64,000 nucleotides of DNA from Octopus sinensis (lineage: Eukaryota), in the NCBI RefSeq assembly GCF_006345805.1, contig NW_021833253.1:14947-78946 (forward strand), read 5' to 3'. The notes below the pieces were generated by a model that saw only the letters and a list, made by a program, of their open reading frames with translations, was not told the origin of the DNA and searched no databases. The translations under genes were made by a program, and so were the position numbers. This document shows, one piece after another, positions 1 to 12,417 of the stretch. Each line of letters begins with the position of its first letter. The first letter of the stretch is position 1.

Positions 1-149
1 GGGTGGTTCCTATGTAGAAAAAGACTAATAACTGTGCCAAGTTTCGTTGCTCTACTGCTATGGGAAGTGGGTCAGGGGCATTACTTATTGAACGCCCCTC
101 GTATATATATATAAGAAAATCATCCGAACGTAGCCGTAGCCAGTACCGC

Positions 150-470
150 ATCAACTGGCCTCCGTGCTGTGGGCACGTAACAAACACCATCCAATCGTGG
201 CTGTGCCAGCCTGGCCTGGCCTCCGTGCCGGTGGCACGTAAAAATCACCATCCGAGCGTGGCCGTTGGCCAGCCTCATCTAGCACCTGTGTCGGTGGCAC
301 ATAAAAAGCACCCAGTGGTTGGCATTAGGAAGGGCATCCAGCTGTAGAAACAGTGCCAGATCTGACTGGCCTGGTGCAGCCTCCTGGCTTCCCAGACCCC
401 AGTTGAACCGTCCAACCCATGCTAGCATGGAAAGCGGACGTTAAACGATGATGATGATGATGATGATGAT
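150..470 (+). mobile_element. SINE 3' portion with internal tandem subrepeats and (GAT)n tail
   Basis: Repeated ctggcctccgtgccggtggcacgtaaaa units, then gtggttggcattaggaagggcatccagc...acgttaaacgatgatgatg. The same family recurs at 9610-9998 and 61930-62295. Confidence 0.75.
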
Positions 471-486
471 ATATATATATATATAT

Positions 487-777
487 ATTATATAATTAGG
501 GCTTAGTAAAATAAATTACTTTGCCACATACTGAACTTACTAGAAATAGCAGCCAAAAAAAAAGCTTTTTAGCCATTTCTACTACTTAAAGGAAATTTCT
601 CTCAGATAATGTTTACTCAAAATAACTCACTTCGTGAGTTATTTTGAGTAAACATTATCTGAGAGAAATTTCCTTTAAGTAGTAGAAATGGCTAAAAAGC
701 TTTTTTTTTGGCTGCTATTTCTAGTAAGTTCAGTATGTGGCAAAGTAATTTATTTTACTAAGCCCTAATTATATAAT
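487..777. repeat. Perfect palindrome, 144-bp arms with 3-nt loop (TTC at 631-633)
   Basis: 487-630 is the reverse complement of 634-777, including matching A9/T9 runs. Confidence 0.95.
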
Positions 778-877
778 GTAATATTTTGAATATTTTGAAT
801 TCGCCTTAAATGGTCCTTTTACATACTGAATACTTGGTGAAATTGATTAATAACTAATTAATTTTACCCTCAATTGT

Positions 878-879
<2 letters not shown>

Positions 880-950
<71 letters not shown>

Positions 951-978
951 GAGAGAGAGAGATACATATATATATATA
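880..978. repeat. (TA)n/(GA)n compound microsatellite
   Basis: Seen directly. Confidence 0.95.
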
Positions 979-1019
979 TGTATAAATGATTGCAGCAGCA
1001 AATGTTACAACTATTGAAG

Positions 1020-2788
1020 TTGATAATGAAACCGAAGAATACATTTTCACCTGACCATGTAGCAAATTCCATATGACACCAAAGAATGTCAGAATTAGAT
1101 GGATAATATGAAAATACATCTACTTTTAAGTAAACTAGGGACAGATGAGCATGAGAAGTATAGTATCACCAAAAAAAGCATCTGACATAAATTTCACCAA
1201 CACAGTTGACATTTTGTGCAAAATGTTTAGTGAAAAGAGCTCAATGTTTATACTCGATGGAAATGTTTAAACATAGAAAAGAGCGAAGATGAAGACTTCA
1301 CTACTTACACAGGCAGAGTCAACAAAGAATATGAGAGATTTAGGCAAGATATGCTTATTCCAGATTCATTCAATTGTTTGAATTTTGCATGAGGATTGAC
1401 AAATAAAAGGGATGCAGAAATCCGAACATAATTTCTATCAAAACTGGAAATGAATGAGGATTTGACATCACAGAAAGTGTCAGAAGAACGTGATAGGATA
1501 TTAAAATTAAGCAATGACACGGAAGAAATTCAATGGAAAGAGTGTTTCCACATAAGACCAGTGCAAAAATGGCAGAAAACAAACAAAGTGTTGCAGATAA
1601 AACAGAAAAAGTATTGGGTTGTAGATCCATGTATGGCATGCGATGGGAAGCACTTGAAGAGTGATTGTCCATATATAAAAGCAAAGTGCTTTCACTGCAG
1701 GTTTACTGGACATATAAAATCGTACTGCAAAAGTAGACTGATATAAAAGTAGAACAAACAAGGAAAGATAAATAGCTTGTCAGCAGGAAAAGTTACGAGC
1801 ACAACAAATAGAAAATTCGTGAGAATTGAAAACACTAGTGTCTGAATGCAATTAGACATGGGATGTGATATCACAATCATAAACAAGAAAACATGGGAAC
1901 AAGTGGGTAAACCAAAATTATGTAGTTCAAACAAATAATGTAGGGTGTTAAGGAATAAAATTATATTTCACGGGAGAATGTAATATATTGTTCAAAGGCC
2001 AAACAGAAAAAGTGAATGTTTATGTGTTGAAAAAATCCATGAATTTATTTGCCACTGAATGTATGAAGAAATTTAATTTATGGGTTACACTGATAAGAGC
2101 TTTGTGCAATAATGTAAACAGAGCAGTCAAATGATAGAACAAGGTTGATGAACTGAAACAGAAAAAGTGACAGGGGACATCCTTTGTGAACTACCAGTAA
2201 CTTTGGAAGGAATAAAAAGAAATGCAAGAAATGACAAATTTATTAATGAGACAAAAAGAAAACCGTGGTCAACAAAAGGAAATGAAGAAAGGTCTGATGC
2301 AGAGAAACCTCAAGATGTGTGTACTCAATATGTGATGGTGTACTAATGTACACTCAGAGGGTGGTCATACCACAGACATTACAGAAGAGACTGCTGAAAG
2401 TGTTCCATGAGGGACTCCCAGGCATCTATAGAATGAAAGCACTGATGTGAAGTTTCGTATACTATCCAAGCAAGAACCAGGAAGTAGAAAACCTGCAGAG
2501 GATGTGTGATGGCAGTGAAAATACCATGCTCTCAATTGCATACCAATTTTGCAGGCCTGGTAAATGGATATTATTACTTAATAGTAGTGCACAGCTACAC
2601 AAAATAGCCTGAGCTTGTGAGGTGTAAATGACCAACCTCATATACAGTAATAAACTTCTCACACGAGTTGTGCACAAGATTTGGTGTACTGGATATAATT
2701 GTTTCTGATAATAGAACACAGTTTGTATCCTGCGAGATGTTCATATTAGAACATAAAACTATAGCACCTTATCACTCTAGATCGAATG
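1020..2788 (+). mobile_element. Degenerate Ty3/Gypsy element A, 5' part (gag zinc knuckles, protease, integrase remnants)
   Basis: ORF 1450-1746 has CMACDGKHLKSDC and CFHCRFTGHIKSYC knuckles. Protease-like LDMGCDITIINKKTW lies at ~1855. The integrase motif APYHSRSN(G) ends at 2788. Confidence 0.8.
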
Positions 2789-5289
2789 TTTTACATCTTT
2801 GACAAACATTGGATATATATTTAATGAAGCACAGGTAAAATCAATGTGTTCACACAGCATACTTCATGAGACTCCAAAATGCCCTCTCAGCGATTCATAC
2901 CAACCTTTTGTTTCAAGTAATACGCTACTCTTTATAAGAGTTTGGCTTGTCCATTCTTCCAGTACCCCCAGAGGTGTCAATGACTCTCACCACAACATCT
3001 CTCCCTTTGATATTGACTTACATTGGAAGTCAATATTATTTTTATTTATTTATTTTTTCCTTTCATCACATCTCCCTGTTTGGGATTTTCCTCCTAGGAA
3101 GTTTAATATTTCTTTTGTTTAGGCACTACTTCCAACTGTTCTGTTTGTTTCCAATTTCTTGTGCTGCCCAGCCTAGGTTCAATTTCTTGTGGTGTTTGAA
3201 CATCAAAGGTGTCATAGAACACTTCCATAGGTATCTCTTTTCTTTTTTCTGTATATCTATTTTTTGGCTGGTTTAAACGTCTAGGTGTTCCTATTTTTCA
3301 CCTCTTATCATATGTCATTTTGCCTATCCTTTTTATTACTACTCAGTCTTGTCTCCCATTTTTATATATTTTGAAAAATACCTTGTCACTGATATTAAAA
3401 TACTTTGTCGTATTTTTAGCATTTTCCCTATTTGATTTTCTTACTGTTAGTATAGCTTGTCAAAAATTGACTTTATTTTTGGTGTAAACATTAGTTCCAC
3501 AGGTGACTTGCCCGAAAAAGATTTTGGGTTTGGTGTTATCCGATAAACCCTCGAGAACTGTGTCAATGCTGCATCATCGATGAGCTCATTTCTTGATTTC
3601 TTTAATGCTCTCTACAGTTACACATTTCTAGCCATTTTGTAAAGCTATCTACCATTATTAGATATGATCGGTTTAATGATCCTGTGAAATCTATGTGTAG
3701 TCTGGACCACGGAATATCGGTCTTGAGCCAAGGTTGAAATTTTCTAGTGGGTGATTTTGCTGAAAAAGCACAACCTCTGCAAGATTTTACCACCAGCTTT
3801 TCAATATCTAGGTCCATTTTTGGCCAGTAAACATCATTCTTCATAAGTGGCTTCATCCTAGAAATTTCTGGAAGTCCAGTGTGGAATTCCTTTAACATTC
3901 GTCCTGGTAGTGAAGTAGGCATTACAACCGTCTGTGTATGCATAAGCATATTATTGCGTATTGAATACAGATTCAAAACTATGTTACGTCCAGCCATATG
4001 TATTTTTTTATTTATTTCTTCTGATGTCACTATTTTTTCATTTTTATGATAAACTCGTCTGTCACTGCCTTAATTTATATTTCCTCCAATGTGACAAGCA
4101 ATTCACGCACAATATTGCACAATATATTTTTTATTTCATTTTCAACTTTTAACGCTGCTATCACTATGTCTTCCAGTGGTTCACCCTATTTTGGTTTCAA
4201 CCTTGACAAATCATCTGCATGTCCAATTTTTTCGGTGGCAAATACTCAAGTTTGAAGTCATAATTCAGTAGGATTGTTCCCCAGGACTGTCTTGACATTT
4301 GTTTTTCCTTTTTCTTATCCATTTCAGGTCAACATGCATGTATCTTAGAGTAATCTTTTTCTTCAATCCTTGAACCACTTCCTGTAGAGTTAATTTTTGG
4401 TCCTGCTCTAATTTTGTTAATATACAGGATTGTATATCAGCATCTTTTCTTACAGTTAACCCTTGAACAAAAATTAGACATTTGAATAAATCCAGGGTTT
4501 ATTCATTTAATTTGAATTTTTCACACTCTTTGTTAACGACCCCAAAATATGTGATGAAATCTTCATCATCTTTTTTAACTAAATTCAAACACTGCCAACG
4601 AGTATTGAACAGGGAACTTCTTTCACTGAACATTCTAGATAACAATTTGCGTCATCGAAACAACTCTCACCTGGTTTCTTCAGCAGAATATAATTACAGT
4701 ATTTTTCGTGTTCGACAGGGGATAACTTTCTTAAAACTAGTCGCACCTTCTTCTCGTCATTCTAATGTTTACCTTCTTCTTTGAAGATTTCTTTGTATCT
4801 TCTGAAACATGCAGAAAAAGTGGTACCTTCTTCTGGGTTCATAAATAAATACTCCAATTGAGTTTGCTCCAATTGACGAGAACGAACCTGAAGTATATTC
4901 AGACTTCTTCAACGTTACTTCCAATAACTGGTGGTATTGTTGTTGTTGCTGTTGTTGCTGCAGTTGTTGATGTTGTAACTTCTCTACGCAAGCCAATAAG
5001 TCTTCCATGTTAATGATTTTTTTCTTTGATTTTATACCAAAAAAAATTTTATCATCCGACGCAAGCTTTGAATATCTCGTCGCCATTTTTATATCCTCGT
5101 CAAACGTTGGATATATAATTTAAAGAAGCAGAGATAAAAATCAATGTGTTCTCATGACATACTTCACAAGACTCCAAAACACCCTCTCCATGACTCCTAC
5201 TGACCTTTTTGTCTCCACTAGTACGCTACTCTTTAAAATAATTTGGCTAGTCTATTCTTCCAATCAGCCTGTGGTGTCAATGACTCTCA
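2787..5289 (-). mobile_element. Degenerate Ty3/Gypsy element B with two diverged LTRs (2787-2997, 5086-5289), nested antisense in element A
   Basis: Direct repeats caaac(a/g)ttggatata...gtgtcaatgactctca. On the minus strand there is a PBS-like tggcgacgag at 5086-5077 and a PPT aaagggagaga before TG at 2997. Coding remnants: gag ORF 4769-5086, RNase H GHADDLSR at ~4215, integrase ORF 3602-4030 (YWPKMDLDIE..C..C, PWSRLHIDF). Confidence 0.85.
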
Positions 5290-5760
5290 ATGAAAGGGCT
5301 GAGTGGTTCATGGACACTTTTAAGAGAGCTTTAAAAAGAGCTAATAAAGAGACCATGGACAAGGTCGCAATCCAACGATTCTTAAATGTATACAGGGTAA
5401 CTCTGAACTAAAATGTGCCAGAAGGAAATTCACAAGCTGAGTTAATGTTTGCCAGAGCGGTGAAGTCGGTATTCAATAAACTGTTAGCAGTGAAGAAAGA
5501 AATACATGCAGAAATAGAAATCAGATTAAGGAAAGAGTCATAGAAAAGGTTCCAACATCATAACAAGAATTCAAAACCACAAAGGAAAGGAAGACCACTG
5601 AATTCCTAAAAGTAGACCCCAAGAAGAAAAGATATTGAGTAGATAAAAAAAGGAAGAGGTAGAGTGAATAAAAGAAATTGATTGTTAATAAAGAAATTGA
5701 AAGGCGAGATGTTGTGTAGTACAATGCCAGATAAAGCCATTCTATTGATGACTTGGGAAA
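5289..5760 (+). mobile_element. Gypsy element A, 3' part (integrase C-terminus, PPT, start of 3' LTR)
   Basis: NERAEWFMDTFKRALK continues the integrase motif broken at 2788. PPT aaaggcgaga is followed by tgttgtg at 5710. Confidence 0.75.
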
Positions 5761-5851
5761 ATAACAATATCTACAGATCTATATTTAAGAGATGAGGAAT
5801 TATGTAAATTATTTACATTTGATGGATATTTGTCCACATTTTGTTTGTTGT

Positions 5852-5890
5852 TAACATTTTGGCTGATATACTCTCCAGCCTTTATCAGGG
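5852..5890 (-). ncRNA. Degenerate hammerhead ribozyme in 3' pLTR
   Basis: CTGATAA-A-GGCTG..CAGCC-AAAA. Both core strands are mutated relative to the 8508 copy. Confidence 0.55.
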
Positions 5891-5949
5891 AAATTTCAAA
5901 CCTGGGTTCTCATTCCAAAGGTATTTTTTGGTGTTATTATTATTATTAT

Positions 5950-6030
5950 TATTCAGGGCACTGCTTGGAATCGAACTTAGAATCTTCGGGTTAGTACCCC
6001 GCTCTCTTAACCATTATGCCATATGCCCTT
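5950..6030 (-). ncRNA. tRNA-derived segment (Pol III A and B boxes) inside the PLE pLTR, followed by (TAA)n
   Basis: A box TGGCATAATGG at 6021-6011 and B box AGTTCGATTCC at 5977-5967. A second copy lies at 20660-20740. Confidence 0.7.
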
Positions 6031-6170
6031 GGGAAATTATGGAGTGAATTTTAGGGCCTATAAATCTAATATTCTCCTATCCTTCCTTAATACCGGTTCC
6101 CATATGCTGCTCATATCTGCACTCGGTCTGCTTAGGAGGTTGTTGTGTCCTAGCATATGTGCTGCTTCTT

Positions 6171-6578
6171 TTAGTTTTCGTATTTCCAGTGGTGTTCTCT
6201 GTCTATTATTTTAACTTCATCCCACAGGGGGAGGTGGTCTCCATTTTCCCATACATGATCAGCTATACCCGATTTATCAGTATCTCCTCGTGTCACAGCT
6301 TTGTGATGTTCCTCTACCCTTATTTTGAGGGTGCAGCATGTTTCGCCTTTGTATACCCTACCCCAGGTGCATGGGATGGAGTACATGCAGTCTTTGGTCA
6401 TATTCTCTTCTATTGGTGGTTTTACTCGAAGGAGATATCTGTGAAGTGTTGTATTACTCTTGAATACTGTCCTGATGTCATATGGGCCACACATCTTTTG
6501 TATCTTTTCGGAGAAGCCTTTCACATAGGGTAGACAAACTGTGGACAGTTTATTGACCTCATCCTCTCTCTTCTTCAT
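6171..6578 (-). pseudogene. GIY-YIG endonuclease remnant of the Penelope-like element
   Basis: MYSIPCTWGRVYKGETCCTLKIRVEEH...SGIADH motif. A frameshift occurs near the end. Confidence 0.85.
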
Positions 6579-6687
6579 AATTGGAGTGGATAGTATACTT
6601 TTGGGGTTAGTTGTTGCTTAATGGATTGTTATTGAGCTTGATCATTTCTTCGTGGTGGGTATCACGATCACTACTTATATTCTTTGC

Positions 6688-7773
6688 TCAGTGTTTTAGA
6701 CACTGAGCAATCCCTTTCTTTACACTGTATGGATGGTGGGAATTGAAGTTGAGGTATCGTCCAGTAAAGGTCAGCTTGTGGTATACGGATGTCCTGAATC
6801 CATACTTGTCCAGGAATGCCAGCTGATTGTCTTTTTCTTTTTCCATTATGAGCTGTATGGATGGCTTTATTGAGTTCAAATGGTCTAACAGCACTTGGAC
6901 ATCTTCCTGGTGGGGCCAGAGTATGAAGGTGTCATTAACATATCGCAGCCATAAGGTTGGTTTTAGTGGTGTTGATCCTAAAGCCAAATTCTCAAAGTAT
7001 TCCATGTGTATATTGGCTATTATTGGTGATAATGGTAAACCTATAGCTAAACCCTCTTCTTGTTGATATATATCAGTGTCCATACTGAAGTAGGTAGTTT
7101 CTACACAGAAGGTCAACATTTCCATCAATTTTCTTATTGGCATACTAGTGCATTCTTTTAGATGGGTGTCTGTCACTAGTTTTTCTTGTATCACTGATAG
7201 TGCTTCACCAGTTGGGACTTTAGTGAACAGACTTATCACATCTAGACTCACCATCTGGTTGGATTCAATGGGGGTATCCTTGGTCACTTATGTGAAGTGG
7301 GTGGAATTCTTCACGTACGAAACTGACTTTCCTGCTAATGGACTGATTATATCCATAACGAAGTGGCTCAGTGGATAACATGCTGAACCTCTACAGCTCA
7401 CTATAGGTCTTAACGGAATACCATCCTTGTGAATCTTAGGGCGACCGTACATGTGTGGTAGTTTACTGTGGTGTTGAGTCAGTTGTGTGTACTTCATTGG
7501 TGTAAAGTGATCCTTATTCTTGATCAAGATCCATGACAGCTTCCTCTTTGTTTTCAGAGTTGGGTCTTTCTTTACTTTGCTGTAGCTACCATCACTTACA
7601 AGACTTGCCAACTTTTCATAGTAGTCAGACTTGTTCATCACCACTGAAGCATTTCCCTTGTCCACTGGAAGTATTATGATGGAATTGTCACTCTGTGATC
7701 TTTTGATAGTGAACTTTTCTCCTTTAGTGGTGTTTGTTTTTGAAAGTTTTGTTTTTTCCAGTACCTGTCTCAC
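6688..7773 (-). pseudogene. Penelope-type reverse transcriptase remnant (stop-interrupted)
   Basis: RT motifs as listed for the element. YVDD has degenerated to YVND, and there is an in-frame stop at 7288. Confidence 0.88.
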
Positions 7774-8507
7774 TTTCCACCTTAGTTCACCTCCTTTAGC
7801 TTTTGGTATCTTTATGGCTATCTCTTCATTATGTCCAAGTATGGAATACGCTTGATGGTTGTCACAAAGTTGAAACCTTTGTTAAGTACTGCTTCTTCAG
7901 AGCTTTCTAGATGTCATCTACTTACGGATTTCAGTCTTCATTCTCTGACATTCATAAACTTCTTAATCTGGCGTGTCTTCACCATTTCAAATTCTTTCAT
8001 GCACGACTTTTCTAGATCTTGTTGGATTCTCTTTCTATCATCGTCTCTGGTCATTTTCCTAAGTAATGAAGATAACCTCTCTTTGATTTCATTATTTAGT
8101 CGATGTTTTTTCCAATGGTTGTAATGGATCCTCTCACGGACAAGGGCGTGTCCAGCCCTTTCCGCTACTCTTCTAGCTTTAAATGAATCCACTGGGGTCA
8201 TTATATTCAAGCCAGGTGGTATTAGCTTCGAGTCCCTACATCTACACAGGAAAGTTAGATGGTTTGAAAGGCGAGCTAGTTTTTGATGGAGTTTCTCTAT
8301 ATGTCTCCATTGAAGTCTAATGTCGGCTCCATACCGATTAAATGATACAGTTCTATATTTAAGAGATAAGGAATTATTTACATTATTTATATTTGACAGA
8401 TAATTCAGTGACCTGAATAATGATAATAATAATAATAATAATAACAATAACAACAACAACATAATAATACCTTAGGAATGAGAACCCAGGTTCAAAATTT
8501 CCCCAAG

Positions 8508-8551
8508 ACACCTGATGAAGGCTGGAGGGTATATCAACCGAAATGTTGTGT
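8508..8551 (+). ncRNA. Minimal type I hammerhead ribozyme (PLE pLTR)
   Basis: Stem I ACAC/GTGT, core CTGATGA (8512-8518), stem II GGCTG/CA(A)CC, then GAAA and a GTT triplet. The stem III palindrome AACGTT has decayed to AATGTT. Confidence 0.8.
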
Positions 8552-9097
8552 TAACAACAAACAAGATGAAGACAAATATCCGTCAAATGTAAATAATGTA
8601 TAACAATATCTGTCGGAGTGACAACCATCGTCAGAAGACAGATACACAAAGTGGCAAAAGACCACGTTACAACAAAGCCTAACACTGCTCACCACCCCTA
8701 TTCCCTTCCCCTCCATCCCAATCTCTATGTTTATCAGATGATGAACATAGAGATTGAGAAGCAAATAAAATGATGGTAAAGTGTATGCAGGCTGAAGTCA
8801 TATGTATGTTTGTGATGTCTACCAAATGCACATGTGAGCTATCTTCTCAGATGCAAAATGCTGTCCCCCATCCCTGGATCTCCCCAGCTCACACCCTTAG
8901 AGGTGACACAATGCTGGCACACTGAAAGGTAGGTCTGGTAAGATTGTTGAGATGCTTGAATGGAGATGTGTAGATTAGTGCAGCATCCAAGAAGTAAGGT
9001 GGAGAGGAAGTTCTGCCAGGTTCTTCACAGGCAAAGAACATGGGTATAAGATTTTCTGGTAGGGAACACTGATGGGGTCGGGGGCATGGGTATACTC

Positions 9098-9295
9098 ATC
9101 ATCATCATCATTGTTTAATGTCCATTTTCCATGCTGGCATGAGTTGGACAGTTTGACTGGGGACTGGCAAGCCACAAGGCCACACACCAGGCTCCAATCT
9201 GATCTGGATGCACTTTCTAACACCAACCGCTCTGAGAGTGTAGTGGATGTCTTTTACGTGCCACTGGCAAAGGAGCCAGTCAGGTGGCACAAGGC
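9098..9295 (-). mobile_element. SINE 3' portion with (GAT)n tail
   Basis: Reverse complement of the family at 150-470. Confidence 0.7.
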
Positions 9296-9304
9296 CTGAA
9301 ATTT

Positions 9305-9460
9305 TGGGAGAGAGGTTAATCAATTACATCAACCCCAGTGTGTAACTGGTACTTATTTTAACAACCCTGAAAGGATGAAAGGTGAAGCTGACCTCAGTGG
9401 AATTTGAACCCAGAACGTTAACACAGATGAAATGTCACTAAACATTTTGTCCACATTTCC
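9305..9460 (-). mobile_element. tRNA-derived SINE fragment
   Basis: aactggtacttatttt...gaaaggatgaaagg...ggaatttgaacccagaac. Related copies lie at 49035-49265 and 62745-62990. Confidence 0.7.
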
Positions 9461-9609
9461 CAAACAACAACAACAACAACCAAAAGTACCAATCTTATAA
9501 GCCTGATTAATGCCACAACATCACATGGAATACATTGGTGAAAAAAACATCACAACCATTTACCCACAAAAGTAAACCAGGTGAACCTAATTTATAAATA
9601 CTGCTTTGT

Positions 9610-9998
9610 GTTGGGCCCTCAATTCCTCGATGGGGTTGTAGGGGGGAACTATGCTGTTGGGTACTTTTAGACCTGGAGAGGCCAGGAGATGTGGCGATTT
9701 GCTGTACTTGAAAAACATCACGTGAAGCTAAATAAAATCACTGTCTTCACTGCGTACAGGTTTGTGCTTTCAGGGGTGGGTGCCACATGAAACCACACCC
9801 ATGCTGGGGCTGTGTGTCAACACACCTGTGCCAGTGGCACATATTAAAAGCACCCAGCACATTAAGTGGTTGGCATTAGGAAGGACATCCAGCCATAGAT
9901 TCCATGCCACAACAGACATTTGGACCCTGGCCAGCTCCACTTCAAACAATCCAACCCATGCCAGCATGGAAAGTGGACGTTAAATGAGGATGATGATG
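9610..9998 (+). mobile_element. SINE/RTE-tail repeat
   Basis: Ends in ccaacccatgccagcatggaaagtggacgttaaatgaggatgatg. Confidence 0.65.
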
Positions 9999-11006
9999 TC
10001 AATGGCCATCCCTCTGTAGGAATGACCAAAACTGATTTCTTCTAAAAAGAAGGAGAAAGAGAGAGAGAGAGATAGACAAAAAGAAAGTAAAAGTGAGAGG
10101 GAGAGGAAAAATTGACCCCAAAATAATCAAAGACAAAATTGATTCCCGCATTGCAATGAGTCAGAATGATTGCCACAAAGCATCCTATCTGGTGTTCTAC
10201 TAACTTTGTGACTTGACCACTTCATTAACACAACAGAATTCACTTAAAAACAAGTTTATGTCACTAAAACATGTTGTCTTCACACACAACATTTTTTCTC
10301 ATGATAATTAAGAAACTATTTTTAAAAACCAAAACACAGGACACTTTAAATATTTAATTAGATTGTTTATAATGAAGATAGCGAACCAGACCAGAGATTG
10401 AAAAACTAAAATCTAAAAACATCAATATAATAGAAATACAACAAAATGAAGTTGATTATTATGTGTCCGACCCTTGCCAGCATGGAATGTGGATGTTAAA
10501 TCATGATGGTGATGATGATGTGCGTGCATGTACACTGGTACTGAACTCACAAACCACTCCCACAAACAAGCAGCCTTGAGATAGACTTAGGTGCACTCAT
10601 CCTATCCTGCTGCAAAAACAACACAGATAATACATGAAGCAGAAGAAAAGCATCACAAGTCAACTGCGCTCCTATCCTATACACCCTCTACCAACACCCA
10701 TATGCACCACCAAGTTAACCACAACATCACCTGTTGCACATATATACCCAGCTACCACGCAGGGCAGACATATACCCAACTCCATTTTGAACGCTTACTC
10801 ATCATCATCATCTTCACCTCAATGAAGAAAGCAAACAAACACAAACATATATATTTATCTTGCATAAGACTTTGGAAGTGGGGACCTTGGTACAGAATTT
10901 CATAGGTTTTGAGTAGTGGGAAACCACCTTTTAGCTAATATTAGTAGTACCTGTTAGGGTTCCAAATATGGTTTACCTAGCAGCTTTAGGTATAAAACCA
11001 CCACTA

Positions 11007-11390
11007 TGGAAGCACTCCGTCTGTTACGACGATGAGGGTTCCAGTTGATCCGATCAACGGAACAGCCTGCTCGTGAAATTAACGTGTAAGTGGCTGAGCA
11101 CTCCACAGACACGTGCACCCTTAACGTAGTTCTCGGGGATATTCAGCGTGACACAGAGAGTGACAAGGCCGGCCCCTTGAAATACAGGTACAACAGAAAC
11201 AGGAAGTAAGAGTGAGAGAAAGTTGTGGTGAAAGAGTACAGCAGGGATCACCACCATCCCCTGCCAGAGCCTCATGGAGCTTTAGGTGTTTTCGCTCAAA
11301 AACACCCCCAACGCCCGGTCTGGGAATCGAAACCGCGATCCTATGACCGCGAGTCCGCTGCCCTAACCACTGGGCCATTGCGCCTCCACC
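11007..11390 (-). mobile_element. Full-length young tRNA(Arg)-derived SINE with 13-bp TSD
   Basis: Head ggcgcaatggcccagtggttagggcagcggacTCGcggtcataggatcgcggtttcgattccc. TSD aaaaccaccacta at 10994-11006 and 11391-11403. It resembles the octopus OR-type SINEs (recalled, not searched). Confidence 0.9.
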
Positions 11391-11782
11391 AAAACCACCA
11401 CTACCATGTGTGTTGGCAGGGAGAAAATGCATCTTGATTATATTTGAGATACCTGGCAGCCTACTGAAACCAGCCCAGACTAATCTAGCATGTTATCAAT
11501 TCCAATGGTGTCACTGGTTAAGGCAGGTGTACAAGTACCACTGGTGAGGGCAAGTGTACACATGTACACATTGTCTACCCTACATAAAATTATGTGAGGG
11601 CCATCTGTGGATCCCTTCCTACAATCCAGTAATAATTTGATGTGATGCAGCATGCCTTTGCTGATCTTGGGAAAGTCTCATCTCATTTCTGTCTTGACAC
11701 TCCATCTGATGTACTGCAGCATGTCATTACTTGTATCAACTCACAGTCTGAGGTGTGTGTGTGTGAGTTGGGGGGGGGGTCA

Positions 11783-12250
11783 TGTAGTGTGTCAAGGAAA
11801 CCATATTTAGCTGTCATGCATCAGCACAGTTGTGCTTTGGCAATTGCTGCCTATTAGAGATGGTCGCACAGCTATAAATACGGTGTCACCTGACCAGAAA
11901 GGGATGTTATTTCTAGTCAGTCAAATAACAGCTAGCAGAAGACTTCGACAAGATTACAGCTATTTTCAGTGGGACTTCAGAAGGGCACTACCTCTGACGG
12001 CATTACTTCGACATGAACAGCTGTGTTATTTCACCGACTTAATGCCATAAACTTTGGGATTACAGAAACCACACACAGAGAATCCCATTATTCTCTATGG
12101 ACCAAACTTGCCTGTTTAAACTTCTTACTGCATTTATTGCAGTATGCTTCCACCTATGTATGTAGTAGTGAGTCCAATAGGCTTCTTGAATCCTACATAA
12201 AACTGTCTACACACATTGCAACCCAAATAAATTAAGGTGTTTATTATAAT
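11783..12250 (+). mobile_element. Possible solo LTR
   Basis: Starts with TG and has a TATA-like gctataaata at ~11870 and aataaa at ~12226. No TSD was confirmed. Confidence 0.3.
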
Positions 12251-12417
12251 ATAGCTTTCTGATGTATTTTCTCAATGCCTCACAGATGCAACTCTTTCAT
12301 TGATTCCCACTTTGTGTATTTAGTTGGTAACACACTAAAACTGGTGAAAATTAACTCAAGTTACATTCTTACATAGTTATATTTGGACACAGAAACAACT
12401 CTGCCGCAAATGTTATC

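Larger units (their letters stand above)
5775..8640 (-). mobile_element. Penelope-like element (RT + GIY-YIG endonuclease), disrupted, with pLTRs including an inverted 5' pLTR
   Basis: ORF 7938-8462 (HLTFLCRCRDSKLIPPG), 7288-7773 (LPVDKGNASVVM, YGRPKIHK..PLRPIVS), 6688-7287 (SLDVISLFT, GLAIGLPLSP, WLRYVNDTF) and 6171-6578 (YSIPC..GRVYKGET..LKIRVEEH). pLTR sequence lies at 5775-6075 and an inverted copy at ~8404-8620. Confidence 0.92.

Noticed and set aside
4935-4975. PolyQ tract as part of a host gene
   Set aside because: It is a CAA/CAG microsatellite within the Gypsy B gag remnant.
8605-8640. Additional minus-strand hammerhead (ctgacgatggttgtcactccgacag)
   Set aside because: No GAAA strand follows stem II, so it is too degenerate to call.
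11300-11390. tRNA-Arg gene
   Set aside because: It is the head of a SINE with body, tail and a 13-bp TSD. The acceptor stem is not intact.
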